From positions 4,278,001-4,342,000 of the forward strand of contig CM060732.1 in NCBI GenBank assembly GCA_030704615.1: a stretch of DNA of 64,000 nt, written 5' to 3'. The notes below the pieces were generated by a model. That model made no database searches and was not told where the DNA came from. It worked only from the letters and a program-made list of their open reading frames with translations. A program made the translations under genes and the position numbers. The stretch comes from Takakia lepidozioides. Lineage: Eukaryota; Plantae; Bryophyta. This document shows, piece by piece, positions 13,451 through 26,295 of this stretch; positions within the stretch are counted from its first letter, which is position 1; the number at the start of each line of letters is the position of its first letter.

Positions 13451-14559
13451 TCTCGGCTGCAACTTGGTCCGAGTAGGGTTTTCGTGCGTGGTCTCCTTCC
13501 TTGAAATACACCAAATAATCCAACCTTCACTCACCCTGAAGACAACCTGTCAGATGAACTACCCACTGTAGTTCCTCTCGACAATGTCAAATACTTACCT
13601 AAACAAGATGAACTCACGCGCAGTGTAAGAGGAATGGGAACAACAACTACGCAACGATGTTGAATCCCTCACAACAACGCCCCTGCTTGGGATACCCTAA
13701 AACTACACTGAACGAAATGTTACACTGAACTCCCAGCTCTATGGACACTATACCCTTAAACTACACTATACGAACTCGCAACAAGGCACTCCCCAGCTGT
13801 GTGGACATAAAGATACTTAGACACTCACACTCTCAACACTTAGGCGCGTCCCTGGAGGAAGACGAGGACACGAACGCGGCAGTGTAGAAAAAAGGCCGGG
13901 CTCCACGTCCAAGGCACCAGTGGTAGTTATAATGTTTACTGTTTGGCCAACTGTACACTGGATCGCCAGTCAACATGTGACACGTGGGTACATTCCTTCA
14001 ATTATAGTGAAAGGGGTCACTGCTTAGTGGATAGTGTTCCCTACAACCTCTTCACTGACTGAATATGAGTCATACTTCTTCTACAATAAAAAATTTATTA
14101 CTACTATGGAGTAAGGGATCTAACTTGACTTTGGAAGTTGTACGGGAAGTACATGGGGAAAAGAAGTACTGCAATACGAGTAGAGAGAAACCAACACCAT
14201 GGGCAGAGTCTGGAACATATTGACACTAGGTTGAAAGAAAGAGAAAGTGGAAGAAGAAGAGCTCTCAACCTCAAGCTTTCAAGCATGGAGAGTATTACCA
14301 GCTCGCATAGTCGTTGCTCGTTTCTTGCAATGTTCGCATTCGAGAAATCTCGTAAGGTGAAAATTCTGTGACTGCGTCGACATGGCTGTTTTCATCAACA
14401 GCCGACCCTCCAGCATTTCCTATGCTTGCAACGCATGCAGATATGTTAGTGTTGCAGTCCTTAGTGTGTCAGTTGCGCTGTAGAGTAAATTACATGAAAT
14501 GATGGGAATAGACAAAGCAAGCTGGTGCTTCAGAGTGGCATGCATTGTACAATGACCTT

Positions 14560-15577
14560 AGAAGCTGTAGCTGTACATCCTTTGAAGCCTCGAACTTAGA
14601 GGGAAATGTCAGAGCACTTTTACAGGAACCTGTCGCCTCCCTTAATCCATATACCGTGGTGCATTGGATTCGGGGCTATTACTCAGTTTGCTGAGATCCC
14701 CACGAAACAGAACACAGCCATTCTTACATGCATGAATTACATATCAGCTTAGGCCAGGCTTTCGGATCATTTGTGAGGCCTCATACTGTGTCGATGGCAA
14801 AGTGTTGCCCGCAGGTAGTAGATCATCTCCTTCAAAAGAGTCAGCAACTCATTCGTAAATGATGCAGAAACTCCATGCGTTCGACAAGCATTCAATAAAA
14901 TGAGAGTAGCTGACAATCGATTGATACTGCTACCTTCATAAAGTGGAGTTCTCAGTGCCTCCTGGAATTTGACATGGTTTGGGTCGATGTTGGGCACATC
15001 AAACTCTTCATCCCAGCCAGCATCATTGGAAGGTGCAGCATAATCGCCCTCATGGTCACGGTCGTCTTCGTCATCATCAACACGGTCCGGGGTTGGTGGT
15101 GCGGCGGACTCGTCCCCTTCAACAGATAACAGATGGTCTACGATGACCTCGTTGGGTGGAGCCTCCACAACAACACCTTTCTCCACCAACCGAGCAGCTT
15201 CAGCATGTGCAACATCTGCCATTGCGAATGCTTCCGTGAGCATCAAGAGCAATGCTCAACTTGCATGCCTTCCTCCAATCCCATTCTATTCCAGTTCGCA
15301 CCCAAAAAAGTTGCATTCCATTCGTCATCGAAGAGTCCGGATCATCGCTTTGGTGCGAAACTCGTAATGTTGGATCTCTTTCATTCAGACGGACATGGGA
15401 TTCAATTACAGTCCTCAGTCTCTTCACCCCCCCATGGCAGAGCTTGCAAGGACAACGTGATTTGAGTTGGCCCAGTGCATTCGCACGATTTTCTTCTCGT
15501 TGCCACAACTTTTCATCTCGCATTCGAATTCTCGCAGAATGGTTTATGCCTGGTCTGCGAGGGCGATGGAAGTCCAT
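14560..15577 (-). pseudogene. CACTA TnpD transposase, 5' half
   Basis: CPCKLC..VIESHV (transposase-associated domain), PLYEGSS..LSATLILL, and manually translated NTLPSTQYEA..IHACKNGCVLFRG..VPVKVL*HFPL..RLQRMY. Confidence 0.88.
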
Positions 15578-15849
15578 ACCCTCTCTATTCTATGCTCACT
15601 AGAACTACTTACTGTATCAACACTAGTACAGCTTAACGTATGACACACACTGTCACTTATTGCGAACCTGCAGGTACACTCATACCGTGGCTCAAGAAGG
15701 CCCCCTGGACCTTCCTTCGTTGAGAGCCACATTTTGCCAAAGGGAGTGTGCATTAACGGTTCCCGCGCACACCGCGGTGTCTTCGGGCAACCAGCTCCTT
15801 TCCCGCTTTTTCCTTCGCCGCGCTCTCAGTGTCACTCCAGTTGTAGGTC

Positions 15850-17670
15850 GATGACTTGGCATACTAGAAATGTAAGTGACGATGATCTAGTGCGGCATAC
15901 TCCCGATAGCAAACAGTGGAAATCCATAGACAGATGGTGGCCTTCATTCTCTTCTGAACCACGGAACGTGAGTTTGGGATTGGCACTAGATGGTGTAAAC
16001 CCGTTCTCTGAGAAGCACTCTACTTGGTCAACATGGCCCGTGGTTTTATTCAATTACCCCCCCCCCCCCCCCCCCCCCCCGGTAACCACAAAGAAATTCT
16101 TCATAATGTTAGCTCTTATAATCCCAGGTAAGGAAAATGTTGGCAATGACAACGTTGATGTTTACATGCAACCCTTAATTGAGGAGCTGTCTCAATTATG
16201 GGAAGGGGTCCGTGCATTAGATGCAACCAAGACAAGGGGTAACCAGGAATTCCACATGAGGGCAATACTCATGTGGACAATCCACAATTTTCAGCATACA
16301 GATTAGTTGGTGGTTGCTCTACGAAGGGGTACAAAGCTTGTCCCCCGTGTGGCCCTGAGCTAGACTCCCGCTATGCCCATCACTTGAAAAAGAACATTTA
16401 TCTCGGGCATCGACGTTATCTCCGCAATCATCCTTACAGGACAACTTAGAGGAATGCATTTGATGGGGAGGTTGAAGTACGAGGACATCCTCCTATGGTG
16501 ACTCCAGCAGAAGTTTTGGAGAGGGCAGCAGAGTACAATACGTACATCCAGGGAGGTGGTACGCATGATGGTGACAATCGTCCGGAAAAAAACATGGGAT
16601 AAAAAGGCGGTCATGCCTTTGGGACCTCCCGTATTGGAAGGTGAGGATCATTGGTGCCTGAATTTTTCTTAATTGCATTTGTGGTTCTTCCTGGTAGTGC
16701 AGATCGTGCTTGAATTTCTGCAACTTTATTTCTAATTGTGGAGAATTTCTGTATTTGCAGCACCTACCTATACGACATCTATTGGACATGATGCATTGTG
16801 AGAAGAATGTATGCGAGAATGTTATAAAACATATTTTTGGTGAGAAAGACAAACCAAAAGTGAGGAAGGATCTGCAGGTAGTGGGGATCCGACCACATCT
16901 GTGGCTTCAGAACCGCCCCACATTGAAAGACCCTGGCAAAATGGTAATGCCTGCTGCATCTTATGTGTTTTCCAAGGATGAAATGAAATCTTTCTTACAA
17001 ATCCTGCGTACATTGAAAGTGCCGACTGGATATGCAGGCGCTTTCAAGAAACATGTCATGGAAGGGAAGTTAGGATCAATGAAATCTCACGATTATCATG
17101 TCATGATGCAGCAAATCCTCCCTCTTTGTGTAAGGAATTTGATGGCCCCCGGGGTGAGGATGGCACTCATGCGCCTTAGCCAAGTTTTCAAGATAATTTG
17201 TGCCAAGGTGTGGGACCCTTCGGGTTTTGAACAGCTCCGGAAAGATGTGGCGATTACAATGTGTCTCCTTGAGAAGGAATTCCCCCCATCCTTCTTTAAT
17301 GTTATGACACATCTTGTGGTTCATCTAGTAGATGAGGTTGACATGTGTGGCCCAGTTAGTGCAAGGTGCTGTTACCCCATGGAGCGGTATTTGAAGTGTC
17401 TCAAGGGGTAGGTTCGCAACAAGGCACGACCTGAAAGGTCTATGATAGTATGATACAACATAGATGAAGCACTGGGGTTTTGCACCGAATACATGGCGGA
17501 ATTCCATCACACGCGGCGTCGTGTATGGGATCAGAACGAGGATGGTATAGTTAGTGGGGAGGTGTTGGAGGGGACTGGCAAACGAAAGACACTGTCCACG
17601 GCAGTACGAGACGCAGCCCACAATTATGTGCTTCATAATACTGAAGTTGTGGCCCCGTATTTGCGGTAAG
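15850..17670 (+). pseudogene. CACTA TnpD transposase, 3' half (Transposase_21 and downstream domains)
   Basis: MTWH..RHTPDSKQWKSID..LALDGVNPF..STWPV; HLLDMMHCEKNVCEN; KSHDYHVMMQ; FFNVMTHLVVHLV..YPMERYLK; multiple stops. Confidence 0.93.
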
Positions 17671-18259
17671 AATCATTCACACATCACCTACCACCCAACA
17701 TCTTTTACTCATAAATGCTGAGCTGTCAACTGTGATACATTGTCAGCCAGATCAGGTTGAACTATGCCCACTGAACCTCCTAGAAGACACTTCATAAATT
17801 AAACCTGAAAATTCTCACCAACAACTTGTTTGAGACTGGATTTGAGGCAAAGTTTGCTACCTCACCTAACACTCTTAGTGCCAAGAGTGGGTAGACCCTT
17901 GAGGTCATCCATGATGTCCTCCCCCATGTCACAGGCTGGAAACAAGTTCAAGGAAGTTTTCTACCTAACTTCATTTTCATCAGACAATTCCATGGCAACA
18001 GACATGACTTTGGACACTATAGCCTCTGAGTCAGATTTATCCAGTAGGGTCAAGATTTGCGGATCTAGATTCAGATCCTTGAGAATATCTTCTACTCTCT
18101 TCTGCATTAACTGTGCACCACTGAGTTGTGAGTACGTTGGTGGGTGGGTATATTGGAAACCAAACAAGCCTCTGAGGAACAGCGAATTGCGGATGAGAGA
18201 AGGAGAAAAGGAAAAGATCCAACTCTGGAAACCAGGAAATGCTCGAGGGTAGCCATTCA

Positions 18260-19575
18260 ATCCGATATCATGGATGATGTCGATCGTGTTACAAGGCAGC
18301 GAGACATTGTCATGACAACTGCATGGCGGTTGTCAAAAGCATTGGAGATTCATACATGGGTCCCATTGAATGGCGATTGGGAGAATTGGGTACAATGGGC
18401 AACCCAGTTGGCCTCCAAAAGAAGCACGGGTAGAGCGGGCACTGTCAGCCTTGCAACGTGTCGCACGAATGACAAACCGTAACATTGATAACATTTATGA
18501 CAACATGCATAACGATCTCCGCAACGCATCAAGCATGTTCGTCGGGTATAACAACTGGGCAGATGTGGAATCTATGTTCGATCGATGTGAGCACATAATT
18601 TCGGGATCGAACAGAAGCATAAACTGGGAATTGTCCAGATAGAGGAGGAGTGAGACACCACAACAAGGATGAGCAGCCATATCAACGCGACCGAGAGGGA
18701 GGAGATACCACGAGGCGTTTTGCCGTCATGGATATTAGATGGTACAGTTTGTTCGATGTGCATGAATCCATACGGTCCAGAGGGATGTCATGTGCTTAGA
18801 TCATGTGGACATATGTTCCATCTCACATGTCTTATCCCGCAATCCTTACGGATGAGCGTTTGCCCATAATGCTGTACACCAATCCATCGTCGTTTCTATG
18901 AGCAGGTGGGCTTGGAGGAAATGATGCCCATATGTTTTGAATACAATCGACACAACCTCCCATTGGATGGGCAACCATTTACATTTATGAACTGTGTGCA
19001 TTGGGGCAAAAACTTGTTACGAGATGCAGATAGAGAAATGCATGCTATACATGCCGAAAACCCGACATACGTTAAAGATCCCCAGTATTTCTGGGTCACA
19101 TCTGACTGTGAGATAACGGTACATGTGGGAGGCATTCCCGATTGGTGGGCGAAATAGCAGTTTTGCCGCAATTTGGGAGGGCATTGGAGTCAGAGAAGGT
19201 CCAGGTTTATCTGGCTCCTACAGATTCCATGAGTGCCGGAGGATAATGAATTGTATAACCGAGAATCGATTGGGAGACATTTGTTGTTGTCCAAACTAGA
19301 AAGATGTTATAATATGTCAACGCCGAATAAATGAGGCGTATGAGATGGCTTATCGTCGAAACCACACAATGATTAGGGACAAGGCCCGCGAGAGGCAGTT
19401 AGAAAGTTTCAAGGGTACCATCAAGGCAGTTGTAGAAGAATGGAGGCAATTATGGACAAACCGTTATCATCGTGTTTCGGGGGCTCTATTGCCGAATGTG
19501 GACGGCCTCGTTGCCAATTTGCATGCAGCCCTAGCACTTGCCGTCAATCCACCTCCGCCATGTCATGAGAGTTAA
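18260..19575 (+). pseudogene. Degenerate ORF with a RING-H2 finger
   Basis: CSMC..CGHMFHLTC..VCP*C fits the C3H2C3 pattern at ~18750-18875; several in-frame stops; probably TE cargo. Confidence 0.7.
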
Positions 19576-19799
19576 GAAGAAAGTCAACTTTCGCCGCGAA
19601 GTAGGCGGATGCCGGACCAGAATTGATCACATGTCATTGGGCCCCTCATTGACCACAAGATCACGGTCGCAGGCTCTCCGTAATGGCAGTGCAAATCAAG
19701 CCACAACATCACATCCTTTGTCCTCGGACAGTGACGAACATACTTTCTGTTTTTTGGATGTTACTGTACTCACATGTTTCCTTGTCCTTTTCCTTTGGC

Positions 19800-22700
19800 A
19801 TTTATTCTTCTCATTCAATTTCTCCTGAATTCCTGCCTGAGCAAGCTCTGCCGCTTTCCTGGAGTTCGCAAGCGCTTTTGCCTCTTTTGGACCCAGCGGA
19901 GGCAGCGGAGCCCGGTTTCATCGGGCCTCAGCATCCAGCTTCAATTGAAACTCAGATGGGTCGAGCGAGCCGGGCGGAAGGTCCACATACCAAGGGCAAT
20001 CACGCAAATGTTCTAGATGCCACTCCTTCACAATAACGTCAGTCCCAGGGTTCCTCCATGCCAGGAAGAATGGTGGCTCGAAAGACAGATGACCTTTCTC
20101 CAAAAGGGAGAACTTGCAGTACCTGCATTCATGAAAAACACAGAATGAGGTCCCTGAACTGGAAATTCGGCACCATTTTCCTAGGTTGGGGTGGAACTGA
20201 CAGGGCCTAGAACTGGAAAAAAGGCGCCGAATTTCGGTTTTCAGTGCTAGCCACGCTAGGGACAGCCATTTTGGGAGCCCTGAACTGGAAATTCGGCACC
20301 ATTTTCCCAGGTCCGGGCCGGAAATGGCTAAGTCCCTGAACTGACTGGCCCTGGAATTGGAAAAATGGCGCCGAATTTCGGTTTTCGGTGCCAGCCACCC
20401 GAGGGACTTAGCCATTTTGGGAGCCCTGAACTGGAAATTCGGCGCCATTTTCCCAGGTCCGGGCCGAAAATGCCTAAGTCTCTGAACTGACTGGCCCTGG
20501 AATTGGAAAAATAGCGCCGAATTTCGGTTTTCGGTGCCAGCCACCCTAGGGACTTAGCCATTTTGGGAGCCCTGAACTGGAAATTCGGCACCATTTTCCC
20601 AGGTCCGGGCCGAAAATGCCTAAGTCCCTGAACTGACTGGCCCTGGAATTGGAAAAATGGCGCCGAATTTCGGTTTTTCGGTGCCAGCCACCCTAGGGAC
20701 TTAGCCATTTTGGGAGCCCTGAACTGGAAATTCGGCGCCATTTTCCCAGGTCCGGGCCGAAAATGCCTAAGTCCCTGAACTGACTAGCCCTGGAATTGGA
20801 AAAATGGCGCGGAATTTCGGTTTTCGGTGCCAGCCACTCTAGGGACTTAGCCATTTTGGGTGCCCTGAACTGGAAATTCGGCGCCATTTTCCCAGGTCCG
20901 GCCCGAAAATGGCTAAGTCCCAGAACTGACTGGGCCTTGAACTGGAAAAATGGCGCCGAATTTCGGTTTCGGTGCCAGCCACTCTAGGGACTTAGCCATT
21001 TTGGGTGCCCTGGACTGGAAAATTCGGCGCCATTTTTCCAAGGACCAATTTTTATGCGCCACATGAGGCCTCTAACATCCTGAAATGCAAGGACTTGAAA
21101 GGAAGGCATCGCGTATGTACCTGTACAGAAGGCGCATTGCTGCTTTGTCCGCGTTTGGCTGGTCGATGAACTCGTGGCTCCGGCGGGCATGGGGTATCTC
21201 CCGAAAGAATAGGTCGGTTTTGTACAGCAGAAAGTACCTCGTCACATAGTCGCGTAGGCTCTCTGCTGCAGGAGAAATCTCCATCTTGAACTGATGTGCT
21301 TGTGTGTCCAGCTGCTCTTGCGCATTCGTCGTCACATGTGGAGATTCTCCATCAGATCGCTTTCCTGAAAAAATACAATGAATCCACCCCCTACAAGAGT
21401 AGAAGCGCCAAACGAAGCGTGGGGAAGCACCTGAAACCACCATGTCATGCGGTTCATCCACATGTCGAATGTCGGGTCAGACAGTTTGTCCGGTTTGGGG
21501 AAGCTCCACATGTCCCTTGTACTTTGGGAACCATTCCAGATTTGGAGCCACCGGGTCTGTCCAACCACCCAGCATATTCGTAAGCGCCAAACACCACAAA
21601 AACGAGTTGTTGCCACCACAATTTGGTTAAGAATGTATCACCTTTTCTGTTGCATCCACACAGGATGTGGCTAGACGATGGAGCTTCTCCAATGTCATCG
21701 TGGGCTTCAGAGCGCGGGAGTAGTGCTTCCCCACCTCCACCAGAAAGTCGGCACCAAGGGCGGGATCAGCTATGGCCACGTACTTTACCATCCGCGACTT
21801 GTACTTTATGCGGGCCCTGGCCTCCGCAGCTTTGAGATACGATTCGAGTGTCGGGAGGGTTAGATTCTTCTCCTCTGACTCCATGTAGAACCTCCGCGCA
21901 TGTGCCAAATCCTGCTGAATTTTCGTCTGTCAAGAATGCACACATAAGATTAGAGATCCTGCTCAACGCTTTTTCTTCTATTGGGGGAGGAGAGACAGAT
22001 TAGCTCAACAAAACAGTCAGGAGCTTTACCCGAAATATGTAGTCCACCATGGCGTCCATGCTCAGCCTATACCAGGTTCTGTCTGCCTTTGCCTCCGACT
22101 TGCGCAGAGGTCGGCACTGAGCAAATTGGCAAACTCTTGCACCCCCTGCTTCCCGACATCCTTCACTCGGAAGAGCATATGGGACAAGTTGGTGGCAATG
22201 AAGGCATTCTTAGTCACCCTGCAATGCCACATTTCCATCAAACAATACTGAAATGGGAATTTTGAACAAATATGAGGATTCGCAATGAAATGACTTACAA
22301 ATTTTGGGTCCAAAAGCAAGAGGCGTTGTAACTTACGAGTTGATGTCCGCCATTGCAGCTTTGAGAAGACTGCGATCTTTGGGCCCCGCAACCTTCAGCA
22401 CAACACACTCCACGGCGAAATGCCAATCGAGGTCGTTGTGGTGGGCTTCGGCTATGTGCTCCATCCATGCCAGGAGGCGATGATTGCCGTCCCACACGTA
22501 AAACATCTTTCCGGACAAGTGCTGGAAAAGAGGATCAGTAGCAATCGATCTCTCGAACTCCTCATTTCGCCTTTGCCAATGGGGACCCCATTTGTCCACC
22601 TCATCGGAAGTGTGGGCACGGGAAGCTCCGTGGTCGTTCTCAATGGAAACGTAAAACGCGGCAGACCCCATTCGATATCCATCCCGGAAAGAGAATTTCA

Positions 22701-24486
22701 GCTTGTCGATATCGCCTGGGAGGGCAGGTCTCACCACCTGCAATGACACAAGCGGCAAAGGGGAATTCGAAGCTTGGCCGGGTACACCATGCCCCCAGCA
22801 CCCTGCCAATGTTGTTGTGGGTTGCCTCCAACATCTTGGCAGCGGCCAACTTCATATCCGCCTCCGACATGACGTCTGATGTAGAGGGGTTCTCCGGCAG
22901 CCCACCAGGACCGCCAAATCCAGCCTGTATGCTGCGGGTTTGGGGCCTGGGGATGTCCGGGAGGATGTCATCCTGGTCAGAAAGCTCGGTGTCGTCCTCC
23001 TCAACATGGTCAACCACCCGGCGAAACCACCTCGAGCACTCTCCCCGTCTCTACTGCCCTCTCGCCCTCCCCCGGCTTCACCTTGAACTTGCACAATCCG
23101 TGCTCTTTGTGGTGTTCTTTCCTCTCCTCCACTCTCCACCGTATGGGTAATTGCGGGGGCTCTTGTCCGCGATGGTGTAACCGGTGTGTTACTGCCTCTT
23201 TGTGGTGTCTTGGAGGGATCCACCGTCTCTGTGCGTCCCTCGCTTACATGGGCATCTGTCATTTCGGCACCCCTGGCCTCTTCAGTGGCTTTTTCTCTTT
23301 CCTCCTGGCTAGCCTTCTGTCTCGCCTGTTCTTTTGCCCTCTCTTTTGCCCTCTCACGGGCTTTCGTTTCTTACTAGGGCTATCAGCAGGGGAGCCCTCC
23401 AGGACGACCACCTTTGATTGAGGAGAACTGACACCCTCGCGCGCACTGCTCACTCCCCCTCCGCACCCCGTGACGGCTCTCTCGCCGGGGATTGCATGTG
23501 CTTGGCTTTCTTCTTCTTCTTTGCGTGGGCGGGCCCTACTGCATGTGCGTTTCGGGAGATAAGAAAAAAGTGTGAAAGGGGAAAAAAATCAACAACCTCC
23601 ATTGCCGGATCTGCTGTCCTCACGTCCTCACGCCCTTCACCTGCCATGCCGCCTGCACCAACCTCCCAATGCCTATTCTGTCGTACTCTCGCTGCAGGTC
23701 CTCCCGTCCACCAACAAAAGGTTTTAGTTTCCCCTCCCGCCCCAAGTTGGGCGATCCAAACATGCGATGAGTTGGAGCTGTCGATGATACCACCACAGCG
23801 TGCCGCTCGTTCGTCACTCACTCTGTCATTTCTGAAAATCGTGAGAACCAACATCGGAATGAAAACCACCATCGCAACAATCGTGGAACAACAATGAAAA
23901 CAAAACAAAACCAAGTATGGAGTGGCATGGAACAACAATGAAAACAAATCCAACCAATGCCTAAGAATGACATGCACAAGCAGCCTTCTCAAGAGATGCC
24001 GGCTTTGCACACGCATTGCAAACTATCTAAGGTTCACTCAACCGGTAACATGAAACACGATGAACAAATGAACACGAATTCCATAAGACGGGAAAACAGG
24101 GTGAAATGTTTTGAAGGCACTTCATCTGCTCAGACAATCTTCTCAGCTCAGCATGGATTGCCTTAATTTTTAACCACTCTGACCTTGATCATTCTTCTCA
24201 ACAGCTCCTGCTTTTGCGATGCAACCATACGCTTCCACGATGCCAGGCTGAAGATGCGAAAACAAACCAAAAAACGAAGTAAACAAACAAGCAAAAGCGG
24301 AAGTGGCTTGCCTGGGAGTACTCGGCTTCAGTTGGCGCGGGTTGTGAGCAGACACTGAATCTCCTGCTGGAGCTTAAGTTTGGCCATGCGAGAGGTTGGC
24401 CGTCGCCCGTAGTACAAAGCCTTCAACTTCCACCGCGGTCTGGATGTGGGGTCTCTCTCAGGAGAGCCATGCCCTCCACGCGGCAT
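19800..24486 (-). pseudogene. ParB/Srx-domain multi-exon gene, copy A (MTase exons lost by truncation)
   Basis: VRPALPGDIDKLKFSFRDGY..FYVWDGNHRLLAWMEH..AMADIN; phase-compatible introns 22219-22336, 21927-22029 and 20123-21120; basic AKKKKKAK NLS-like motif; putative ATG at 24486. Confidence 0.82.
20150..21040. repeat. Intronic tandem array, 146-bp monomer with internal dyad (type 1)
   Basis: GGGACTTAGCC recurs at 20403, 20549, 20696, 20842 and 20987; each unit holds inverted GAAATTCGGCGCCATTTT/AAAATGGCGCCGAATTTC and GGGACTTAG/CTAAGTCCC pairs. Confidence 0.95.
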
Positions 24487-24694
24487 AAGTCCCAGCAAAA
24501 GAAAAAAGATCTCAGTATTTTTGCGTACATGCCTCGAATAGAACTTCATCCAAGTTTAGCATCAGGGTTCCAAGACGTATCGAGGAAGCAAGCGCGGAAT
24601 CCCTGTGTCGCCATCACGAATCAAAACCGACGGCGGAGGACATTTAATGCCCAACTACGCAATTAAATGTCGAATGAAGTATGACGCAACGAAG

Positions 24695-25340
24695 CCCTCG
24701 GCGCCGAATTCCCATCCGCTAGGTAAGTCGGAGCGCCGAATTTCCGTCATGCAGGTAATTCGAAGAGCGGATGGATAGAAATCCGGCGCCGAATTTCCAT
24801 CCGCCAGGTAACTCGGAGCGCCGAATTTCCGTCATGCAGGTAATTCGGAGAGCGGATGGATGGAAATCCTGCCCCGAATTTCCATCCTGCAAGTAACTCG
24901 GAGCACGGATGGATGGAAATCCGGCGCCGGATTTCCATCAAGCAGGTAACTCGGAGCGCGGCCGGATGGAAATTCGGCGCCGAATTTCCATCCGCCAGGT
25001 AAGTCGGAGCGCGGATGGATGGAAATCCGGCACCGAATTTCCGTCCGTCAGGTAAGTCGGAGCGTCGTCTTTCCGTCATGCAGGTAATTCGGAGAGCGGA
25101 GGGATGGAAATCCGGCGCCGAATTTCCATCCTGCAAGTAATTCGGAGCAAGGATGGATGGAAATCCGGCGCCGAATTTCCGTCATGCAGGTAATTCGGAG
25201 CGCGGCCGGATGGAAATCCGGCGCCGGATTTCCATCAAGCAGGTAACTCGGAGCGCAGCCGGATGGAAATTCGGCGCCGAATATCCATCCGACAGGTAAG
25301 TCGAAGCGCCGAATTACCATCCTGCAGGTAATTCTGAGAG
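24695..25340. repeat. Promoter-region palindromic array (type 2)
   Basis: Repeated GATGGAAAT(C/T)CGGCGCCG(A/G)ATTTCCATC plus CAGGTAA(T/G/C)TCGG modules; perfect 32-bp palindrome at 24963-24994. Confidence 0.93.
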
Positions 25341-25479
25341 TGGCCGCTTGGTTTTTTGGTCTAAAAAGACACTAAAACCTTAAGTTTGGTGGCTGAATCC
25401 ACTTTTATACACGTTTTTCAGGGAATTCTCGACTGGTAGAGAGAAATTCCTTGCTTCTTTTCCATCCCTCTTAGTTCCT

Positions 25480-26030
25480 ACATGGAAATTCGTTGCCGAA
25501 AAATCTGGCCGCGATTGCGATTACATGCCGAATGGAAGTTCGGCGCCGGTTTTCCATCTGGCCGCGATCGCGATTACCTGCCGAATGGAAATTCGGCGCC
25601 GGTTTTCCATCCGGGGGATGTTCTTTGTCGGACAGGTGCCGGCCTCTCCGCCCGAGGCGACTTCATCCGGGCGGCCCCTGTTGGATATTCGGTGCCGAAT
25701 TCCCGTCCGGGTTTGTAATGTGACGGCCATGTGCCGACCTCTCCCCCCGAGCCGACTACATCCGAACGGCCCCGGATGTAAATTCGGCGCCGTTTTTCCA
25801 TCCAGGGAGGTTTTTATGTCGGCCACTTTTCGGCCTGACCCCCCGACACGACTTCGTTTGGGGGGGCCCGGATGGAAATTCGGCGCTGAATTTCCATCCG
25901 GGGGATGTTCTCAGTCGGACAAGTGTCGGCCTCTCCGCCCGAGTCGACTTCATCCGGGCGGCCCTATTGGATATTCGGTGCCAAATTTCCATCCGGGGTT
26001 GTAATGTGACGGCCCGGTGCCGGCTTCTCC
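25480..26030. repeat. Palindromic array upstream of the transposase (type 3, ~96-bp subunits)
   Basis: Repeated GGATGGAAATTCGG(C/T)GCCG..TTTCCATCC separated by GC-rich linkers; expanded homolog at 46130-47050. Confidence 0.88.
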
Positions 26031-26295
26031 CCTTCAGCCGACATCATCCGGGCGGCCCCCCACTTTCTGACTGCATACCGTTGGCAGTTATTGCGCAAAG
26101 ACCAGGGGCCGCATTCCGGAGACAAGGTTCATTAACACTCTGACTGTGGATTTTTGAGATAGTTGGCTCCCTGGATTTGGATCAGGCTTCGTCGCTCGGA
26201 CAAATCGGCACCGCATTCCTTCCCATCGGTGCATCCCCCTTCTACCAGGGAGCTTGCCCGCACGCCATCCTGGCAGTCTTGTGTGCACATCTCCC

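Noticed and set aside
15597-15630. CACTA terminal repeat (CACTAG at 15597 and 15621)
   Set aside because: No matching inverted partner or 3-bp TSD could be identified.
22333-22809. Bacterial contamination or a plasmid parABS locus
   Set aside because: The ParB domain is split by phase-compatible GT-AG introns and nested in plant TEs; no ParA; palindromes do not match canonical parS (TGTTTCACGTGAAACA).
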